Source: an uncultured bacterium
GTDB lineage: Bacteria > Patescibacteriota > Microgenomatia > UBA1400 > MFAQ01
Direction: 5' to 3'
NCBI GenBank assembly: GCA_963980225.1
Contig: CAXBYW010000001.1
Location: forward strand, 99,301-163,300
Length of the DNA stretch: 64,000 nt
The position numbers were made by a program, and so were the translations under genes. Below the pieces are notes generated by a model, which saw only the letters and a program-made list of their open reading frames with translations, was not told the DNA's origin and did no database searches. Shown here in pieces: positions 57,784 through 64,000 of the stretch (position 1 is the stretch's first letter; each line of letters starts with the position of its first letter).

Positions 57784-59571
57784 ATGCGAAGGTTAATATT
57801 CTTAAGCCTACTTTTTCTTTTAGTTGCCAAACCAGTTACTGCTATCAGTCAATTTACTACCGACTACCAAATATCTTATGAAGTTAATGGATCAGGCAAG
57901 ACTCACGTAAAGTATCAGATTGATCAAACCAACAATCTCACTAGGGTATACGCTACCGAATTCAGTCTTAGTGTTAGTCACACCAACATAGAAAACCTGC
58001 AAGTAAAGGACTTCACTACTCAAATTGACCCTGACATAACTCTTATAGACAACATTACCAACATCAATTTTCCTTTTAAAAATAAGATTGTTGGCAAAGA
58101 CAAAACCCACAGCTTCTCCATAGAATACGATACCGACGACATTGCAACTAAAACAAGCTCTGTCTGGGAGGTAAATATACCTAAGATTACTACCAAGGAA
58201 AGTATAAACAATCTAGAGATCACCTTGAAAATCCCCACAGACTTTCCCAAGCTGGTCTTCATAGACCCAAAACCCACCAGGATACTAGACACCACCTACA
58301 CCTTCTCATCCAACTCACTGGCTAACAAACCCATCTCTGTCCTTTTTGGTGGTGAGCAATTTTTTCAACTAAACGCCAGCTATTATCTAAAAAACGAGTT
58401 TTCTGGCAGCGTAGACAAGACAATTGCATTACCTCCAAACACCAGCTACCAGGAAGTTTTCATCAAAAACATAAACCCAGCCCCCAACAACATTACCGTG
58501 GACACAGATGGTAACTGGCTAGCTACCTATACCTTAAAGGCTAAACAAGAACTAAATATACAACTAGAACAAATAATAAAACTACAATTTAATCCTCAAA
58601 AAAGTAGTCCTAAAAATCTATCAAGATACCTTGAGTCAACTAGTGTCTGGGACTTTAACACCCCAGAATTTCAAAAAATAAATACAGACGAAATAAAGGA
58701 TCCTCAACAAATCTTCAACTTTGTCACAAACTCATTGGTATATAACTACTCTCTTATTAACAAAGATCCCTTGGCCAGACAGCCGGCATCTTTCTCTTTG
58801 GAACACCCCACCCAAGCTATATGCACAAACTTTACCGATCTCTTTATTGCTCTTGCCAGGAAAAACAACGTCCCAGCTAGAGAAATTGAGGGCTTTGCTA
58901 TAAGTAAAAATGACAAGCTAAAACCTTTAAGTTTGTCTCAAGACGTTCTTCATGCATGGCCAGAATATTTTGATAAAACAAAAAACACCTGGATCCAAGT
59001 CGATCCCACTTGGAGCAACACAACTAATGGAGTTGATTACTTTAACAAACTAGACTTAAACCACATTACTTTTGTAACTCATGGTGGAGATACTAGAGAG
59101 CCTTTACCGGCAGGTTTTTATAAACGTCCAGGTAAAAACACCAAAGATATAAACATCCAAGATATTGATTCAATCATCTTTCCTCCAGCCAACGTACAAG
59201 TTAGTCTCACAGAGCAAAAAGGCAACACTCTTTTTATAACTTTAACCAACTCTGCAGGGACTGCTCTAGAAGCTGATTTAAAGGTAAATGCACCAAACAC
59301 CACCACCAAAACACTTCCTGTATATCTTCCACCGTTTTCTAATTACGACATAGAAATAGACCTAAACTCAAGGCCAATTATAGGTAAATCAACCAAAGTT
59401 ATAATATTAGAGCTGGCCGACACACAATACACCTTACCTGTAAATATCGAGCCTGTATTCCCGTTAAATACATTGTTAGTCATCTCTTTAGGTCTTCTGA
59501 TTTTGTTGTTATTAGTAATAAAGAAAGTTAAGAAAAATAACTCTGTTTTTCCAGTATCTATCAAAACTTGA
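57784..59571 (+). CDS. Secreted, membrane-anchored transglutaminase-like protein
   Basis: Signal peptide, ICTNF / HAWPE / VDPTW triad, C-terminal TM. Confidence 0.85.
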   Translation: MRRLIFLSLLFLLVAKPVTAISQFTTDYQISYEVNGSGKTHVKYQIDQTNNLTRVYATEFSLSVSHTNIENLQVKDFTTQIDPDITLIDNITNINFPFKNKIVGKDKTHSFSIEYDTDDIATKTSSVWEVNIPKITTKESINNLEITLKIPTDFPKLVFIDPKPTRILDTTYTFSSNSLANKPISVLFGGEQFFQLNASYYLKNEFSGSVDKTIALPPNTSYQEVFIKNINPAPNNITVDTDGNWLATYTLKAKQELNIQLEQIIKLQFNPQKSSPKNLSRYLESTSVWDFNTPEFQKINTDEIKDPQQIFNFVTNSLVYNYSLINKDPLARQPASFSLEHPTQAICTNFTDLFIALARKNNVPAREIEGFAISKNDKLKPLSLSQDVLHAWPEYFDKTKNTWIQVDPTWSNTTNGVDYFNKLDLNHITFVTHGGDTREPLPAGFYKRPGKNTKDINIQDIDSIIFPPANVQVSLTEQKGNTLFITLTNSAGTALEADLKVNAPNTTTKTLPVYLPPFSNYDIEIDLNSRPIIGKSTKVIILELADTQYTLPVNIEPVFPLNTLLVISLGLLILLLLVIKKVKKNNSVFPVSIKT

Positions 59572-59604
59572 CTCTCAAGGTATCTAAATTCTACAATTAA
59601 GGTA

Positions 59605-60009
59605 ATGAAAACCATTCTAAGACAAGTTGGAATAAACTATCTATCTCTTTATCTTAGCTTCAACATATTTCCTGGATTCTCCGTAAAGAATACTTTCCAG
59701 GTCATTCTTATTGCTAGCGTCGTCTGGCTTTTACTAAACAAAATAGTAAAACCAATTATCAAACTCTTATTACTTCCAATAAACTTAATTACCTTAGGAT
59801 TGTTTTCTTGGTTGGTCAGTGTCATCACCCTGTTTTTACTCCAGTTCTTGATAGTTGGCATCAGTCTTCAACCATATTTTTTCGCTGGTTTTTCATACCA
59901 GGGTTTCATTATTCCGGCTTTCCACATTAACATGCTGTTTTCATATATCATTACTTCAGCTTTAATAAATGGGATTCACTCAATTATCACCTGGCTAATT
60001 AATAAATAA
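59605..60009 (+). CDS. 4-TM YvlD/phage-holin-family membrane protein
   Basis: VKPIIKLLLLPINLITLGLF motif. Confidence 0.8.
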   Translation: MKTILRQVGINYLSLYLSFNIFPGFSVKNTFQVILIASVVWLLLNKIVKPIIKLLLLPINLITLGLFSWLVSVITLFLLQFLIVGISLQPYFFAGFSYQGFIIPAFHINMLFSYIITSALINGIHSIITWLINK

Positions 60010-60016
60010 TCAAATC

Positions 60017-60229
60017 ATGAACGTACTTTTTATCTTTCAAATAATCATCTCTATCATCCTCGTGGCCTTAGTCATGCTCCAGTCCAAAGATAGTGGTCTA
60101 AGCAACCCTTTCGGAGCCACTCAAACAGGCTATCAAACCAAAACAGGCCCAGAAAAAGCAATTTACGTCCTTACTATTTTTGTGGTTATCATTTTCATTG
60201 TTGTTTCTATTCTCAATATCAGGTCTTAA
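60017..60229 (+). CDS. secG: Preprotein translocase subunit SecG
   Basis: 2 TM, VMLQSKDSGL..FG, G.EK. Confidence 0.85.
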   Translation: MNVLFIFQIIISIILVALVMLQSKDSGLSNPFGATQTGYQTKTGPEKAIYVLTIFVVIIFIVVSILNIRS

Positions 60230-60232
60230 TCC

Positions 60233-61579
60233 ATGATAAAAAACATAAGAAAAAATCTTTGGTTCGTTAGCGCCTTTGCCTCAAAATACAAATACTTAAT
60301 CATTGTTGGGGTAATTCTCTCAATAGTCTTAGGGTTAATCTTAAATAAGATCCAAAAGGTTCTTCCTGGTCTGTCAAACAAAGACATTCATATTGGTCTA
60401 GTGGGCCAACACTCTGTCACTAATCTACCCACTCAGATTACTAAACTTCTAAATTCCGGCCTAACCACCCAAGGACCAGAACAAACAACCATTCTTAACC
60501 TGGCTAGTACTGAAGACATTGATGACTCTCAAAAAACATACACATATAAATTAAGTCCCAATCTCACCTGGTCAGATGGTAAGCCAATAAAGGCAGAGGA
60601 CATAAACATCTCCATTCCCAAAGTAGATATAGAAGCTCCTGACTCTGAAACCATTAAGTTTGTTCTGCCTGCTAAATTTGCTCCTTTTCCTTCTATCCTA
60701 AACTTTCCCATCACAAACCAGGAAGGACTTCTACCTGACCCATTTGAAATTAAACTCAAGCAAAGATCTTCCGGGGTTCTTACTCAAGTCGTTATAGACA
60801 ATGGTGAGTATAAAATATTTGTAAACATATACCCGACTTCATCTCAAGCTTTAACAGCATATAAACTTGGACAGATAGACGCCATTATAGATCTGCCTAT
60901 CACTAGTACCTCCCAAGATTTATCAGGTTTTGGAATCGCAAATGCATTTTTAAATAAACAAAAACTAATTCTTTTAGTTGTAAACCACAAAGATCCCAAT
61001 TTGAACGGTAAACCAACTAGGCAAGGATTAGCCTACAGTTTAGATCTAAATTACAACCAAACAAAAAAAGCCTTAACCACCATCAACCCAAGTTCCTGGG
61101 TCTACAATCCACTAGTCAAAGAGTATCAACCCAATCCTCAAAGAGCCAAGGAATTAATCAGCTCAGATCTTGAGTTAGAGATCTCTACTACTCCAGAACT
61201 TCTTTCAATAGCTGATGAAATAAAAAACTCCATAAACATACCCAACCTAAAGGTAAATATCAAGGTCGTTAGTGATACACCAGAAGATTTCCAGCTATTC
61301 TTAACCACCTTTACCATTCCTCAAGATCCCGATCAGTATCCTTTCTGGCACTCTACTCAACCAGGTAACGTTGGTGGCTCGGCTAGCGAAAAACTAGACA
61401 AGCTTTTAGAAGACGGTAGAACCACCTTAGACAACAACGAAAGAAAAGCTCTCTACCATGAGTTCCAAAGAGTTTTTGCAGAGGAGCTACCCGCCATTGT
61501 TTTGTTTCATCCTCAGCACGTTAATTTAGCCAGAAATCAAAAAATTTCCGATATAATAAACAACTACTGGGCTCGCTAA
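60233..61579 (+). CDS. ABC transporter substrate-binding protein (family 5)
   Basis: WSDG.PI.AED, DPDQYPFWHS, R..LY..FQ. Confidence 0.8.
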   Translation: MIKNIRKNLWFVSAFASKYKYLIIVGVILSIVLGLILNKIQKVLPGLSNKDIHIGLVGQHSVTNLPTQITKLLNSGLTTQGPEQTTILNLASTEDIDDSQKTYTYKLSPNLTWSDGKPIKAEDINISIPKVDIEAPDSETIKFVLPAKFAPFPSILNFPITNQEGLLPDPFEIKLKQRSSGVLTQVVIDNGEYKIFVNIYPTSSQALTAYKLGQIDAIIDLPITSTSQDLSGFGIANAFLNKQKLILLVVNHKDPNLNGKPTRQGLAYSLDLNYNQTKKALTTINPSSWVYNPLVKEYQPNPQRAKELISSDLELEISTTPELLSIADEIKNSINIPNLKVNIKVVSDTPEDFQLFLTTFTIPQDPDQYPFWHSTQPGNVGGSASEKLDKLLEDGRTTLDNNERKALYHEFQRVFAEELPAIVLFHPQHVNLARNQKISDIINNYWAR

Positions 61580-61582
61580 CCA

Positions 61583-61669
61583 GGGCAGATGGTGAAATTG
61601 GTAGACACGCAGCGTTCAGAACGCTGTGAGCTTATGCTCATGGAGGTTCAAGTCCTCTTCTGCCCACCA
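61583..61669 (+). tRNA. tRNA-Leu(CAG)
   Basis: GGGCAGA/TCTGCCC acceptor, long variable arm, encoded CCA. Confidence 0.93.
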
Positions 61670-61698
61670 TTAAGGTGTTAAAATATTCTTCTACACCT

Positions 61699-61782
61699 GC
61701 CGAGGTGCTGAAATTGGTAGACAGGCTACCTTGAGGTGGTAGTGCTCGCAAGAGCGTGGAGGTTCGATTCCTCTCCTCGGCA
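61699..61782 (+). tRNA. tRNA-Leu(GAG)
   Basis: GCCGAGG/CCTCGGC acceptor, CTACC-TTGAGGT-GGTAG anticodon arm, long variable arm. Confidence 0.93.
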
Positions 61783-61817
61783 CAATCTTATAACAATTCA
61801 AGATATAATCCAGTAAC

Positions 61818-63827
61818 ATGAACTTCAAACTCAAGACTGACTTTAAACCTGCTGGAGACCAACCACAGGCAATAGAAAAGCTAGTTAACTCCATAAGTAA
61901 AGACAATCCACACCAAACCTTACTTGGTGTTACCGGCTCAGGTAAGACTTTTACCGTAGCTAATGTCATCCAAAAACTACAACTTCCCACCTTAATAATC
62001 TCCCACAACAAGACTTTAGCCAGCCAGCTCTATCAAGAATTTAGAGACTTCTTCCCAAAAAATGCCGTCTCTTACTTTGTTAGCTACTATGACTACTACC
62101 AGCCAGAGGCTTACATACCTCAAAGCGATACTTATATAGAGAAGGAAACCTCCATAAACCCAGAGATAGACAAGTTAAGACTTACTACCACCTCTAATCT
62201 CTTAACTCGACCAGACACCATAGTGGTAGCTAGCGTCTCTTGTATCTACGGTCTAGGATCACCAGACAGCCAAGAAGGCCAGCTCCTATACCTAACAGCC
62301 GGTCAAGTAATCGATCGCCGTACCCTTGTCTCCCACTTAATCTCTCTCCAGTATCAAAGAACATCTACTACCCTAACTAGAGCAACCTTTAGACTTACAG
62401 GTAATCATCTAGAAATCTACCCTTCTCAAGTCGATGTAGTCTACTCGATCAAACTAGAAGAGTTAAGAATAGAAAGCATCGAAGTTCTAGACCCCTTAAA
62501 CTTTACTCCAGTAGAAAAAGAAAAAATAATCACCATCTACCCAGCCAAACACTATTTGGCTAACCAAGACGACCAGAAAAAAGTCTTCAAGCAAATTCGC
62601 CAAGACCTAAAAGAACAGATCAAGTACTTTAAAGACAACAACATGCCACTAGAAGCTCATAGAATAGAACAGAAAGTAGAGTACGATCTACAAATGATCC
62701 AGGAGATGGGTTACGTCAATGGTATAGAAAACTACTCGAGATACTTTGATGGCAGACAACCAGGTACTCCACCTTCAACTTTAATAGACTATTTTCATTA
62801 CAACGTTAAAAAGTTCAAACAAAAAAACTTCCTTACCGTCATAGATGAAAGTCATATCAGTCTACCTCAGATCAGAGGTATGTATGCTGGTGATCAATCA
62901 AGAAAAACCAATCTGATTAATTTTGGTTTCAGACTCCCAGCCGCTCTAGATAACCGTCCTCTCACTTCCGTTGAGTTTAAGTCAAAAATTCCTCTCAATC
63001 TATACACCTCTGCTACCCCAGCAGACTACGAATTAAGTCTCTCAAAAACCAGCCAGATTCCTACCGTGGCAGAGCAAGTCATAAGACCCACTGGACTTTT
63101 AGATCCTGAAATCTTTGTCATGCCTACCAAAAACCAGATAGTAAACCTAACCAAAGAAATACTCAAGCGAAAAGAAAAAGGTGAAAGAGTTCTTGTTCTA
63201 ACCATCACCAAGAAAATGGCAGAGGAACTAGCTGAGTACATAAGTAAACAAAAAAACTCCATCAAAGCCGAGTACCTACACTCAGACATAAAAACACTAG
63301 ATAGGGGAGACATTTTAGATAACTTAAGAAAAGGGGACTTCGACTGTTTAATTGGAATCAACCTGCTAAGAGAAGGCCTGGACTTACCAGAAGTATCACT
63401 GATTGCCATTTTGGACGCAGACAAAGAAGGCTTCTTAAGAACCACCACTTCCTTAATCCAGATCATGGGTCGTGCTGCCAGACATATAAATGGTCAGGTA
63501 ATCCTATTTGCAGACAAAGTCTCAGATTCAATGAAGCGAGCCATGGACATAACTAAAGACAGACGAAAAATCCAAGAAAAATTTAATAAAGACAACAACA
63601 TTACCCCTAAATCAATTTCTAAACCGATTAGAGATAGGTTGCTAAAAAAAGAACTAGAGGAGAAAATCATTCTAGATCCAGAACTAAAAGTAGATCCTAG
63701 TGGTCTTACTCCTAAAGATAAAAAGAAGTTTGCCACAAGACTAAAAACTTTAATGAATCAGGCTGCCAAAGACTGGGAGTTCGAAAAAGCTGCCAAGTTA
63801 AGAGATAAGTTAAAAACCCTTGAATAA
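61818..63827 (+). CDS. uvrB: Excinuclease ABC subunit B
   Basis: PAGDQP.AI, GVTGSGKT, YDYYQPEAY, DESH, NLLREGLD. Confidence 0.97.
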   Translation: MNFKLKTDFKPAGDQPQAIEKLVNSISKDNPHQTLLGVTGSGKTFTVANVIQKLQLPTLIISHNKTLASQLYQEFRDFFPKNAVSYFVSYYDYYQPEAYIPQSDTYIEKETSINPEIDKLRLTTTSNLLTRPDTIVVASVSCIYGLGSPDSQEGQLLYLTAGQVIDRRTLVSHLISLQYQRTSTTLTRATFRLTGNHLEIYPSQVDVVYSIKLEELRIESIEVLDPLNFTPVEKEKIITIYPAKHYLANQDDQKKVFKQIRQDLKEQIKYFKDNNMPLEAHRIEQKVEYDLQMIQEMGYVNGIENYSRYFDGRQPGTPPSTLIDYFHYNVKKFKQKNFLTVIDESHISLPQIRGMYAGDQSRKTNLINFGFRLPAALDNRPLTSVEFKSKIPLNLYTSATPADYELSLSKTSQIPTVAEQVIRPTGLLDPEIFVMPTKNQIVNLTKEILKRKEKGERVLVLTITKKMAEELAEYISKQKNSIKAEYLHSDIKTLDRGDILDNLRKGDFDCLIGINLLREGLDLPEVSLIAILDADKEGFLRTTTSLIQIMGRAARHINGQVILFADKVSDSMKRAMDITKDRRKIQEKFNKDNNITPKSISKPIRDRLLKKELEEKIILDPELKVDPSGLTPKDKKKFATRLKTLMNQAAKDWEFEKAAKLRDKLKTLE

Positions 63828-63832
63828 CAAAC

Positions 63833-63877
63833 AAGGGAAGTAAGAAATTACAGAATCGTAATTAGTTACTTCCCTTT
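63833..63877. terminator. Hairpin/terminator after uvrB
   Basis: AAGGGAAGTAA...AATTAC-loop-GTAATT...TTACTTCCCTT. Confidence 0.6.
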
Positions 63878-64000
63878 CAACCTAGGTCGGTCGCACAAAA
63901 TAAAATAGATTATGAATCGATGTCTTACTTGAAACCAGTTGTTCTGCCTCCTTTAAGGGCAGTTCTGGGTACTCTTCTTGGGTTAGGTGATGGTTGGATT

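Noticed and set aside
59605-60009. Prophage suggested by holin-family and metallopeptidase genes
   Set aside because: Both families occur in housekeeping contexts; no structural, terminase or integrase genes nearby.
61691-62011. 106-aa minus-strand ORF
   Set aside because: Antisense to tRNA-Leu and uvrB.
1-64000. Alternative genetic code (UGA=Gly) and the many short antisense ORFs
   Set aside because: Conserved genes are full length under code 11 and several end in TGA; antisense ORFs are shadows of confident genes.

Overview
Chromosomal window from a small-genome, low-GC bacterium. Gene content and divergence suggest Patescibacteria/CPR, probably Microgenomates (inference); TGA is used as stop. 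The backbone is housekeeping: dcw cluster (ftsI fragment, mraY, ftsW, murG, ftsQ-like, ftsA, ftsZ), ileS, rodA, rplU/rpmA, parB, lepB, a glycosyltransferase locus, lemA-htpX, fused gatC-gatA, gatB, dnaE, rplS, sod, ruvCAB, holA, pgi/pmi-pgm-ppsA-eno, rsmI, lexA, secG, uvrB, eight tRNAs and one 1-kb IS481-family element. The standout feature (28.1-32.1 kb) is an integrase-less array of five small gene cassettes stacked at the 3' end of tRNA-Asp. They are separated by five copies of a ~34-47 bp site (TGCGGGGTATACGGGACGAYGTTCGAACTTTTTA) whose core equals the tRNA 3' end. Variation between copies is mostly synonymous in one reading frame (LRGIRDDVRTFYxxI*), suggesting each site is a recombinase-gene C-terminus/attP. 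This resembles a polarised, tRNA-anchored cassette-acquisition system distinct from attC integrons and CRISPR. Other points: a recurring orphan mini-operon with a shared promoter and terminator, a GVHH-motif IleRS2, pervasive leaderless genes and a poly-A-frameshifted GDCCVxC gene. All calls were made by eye; no searches were run.
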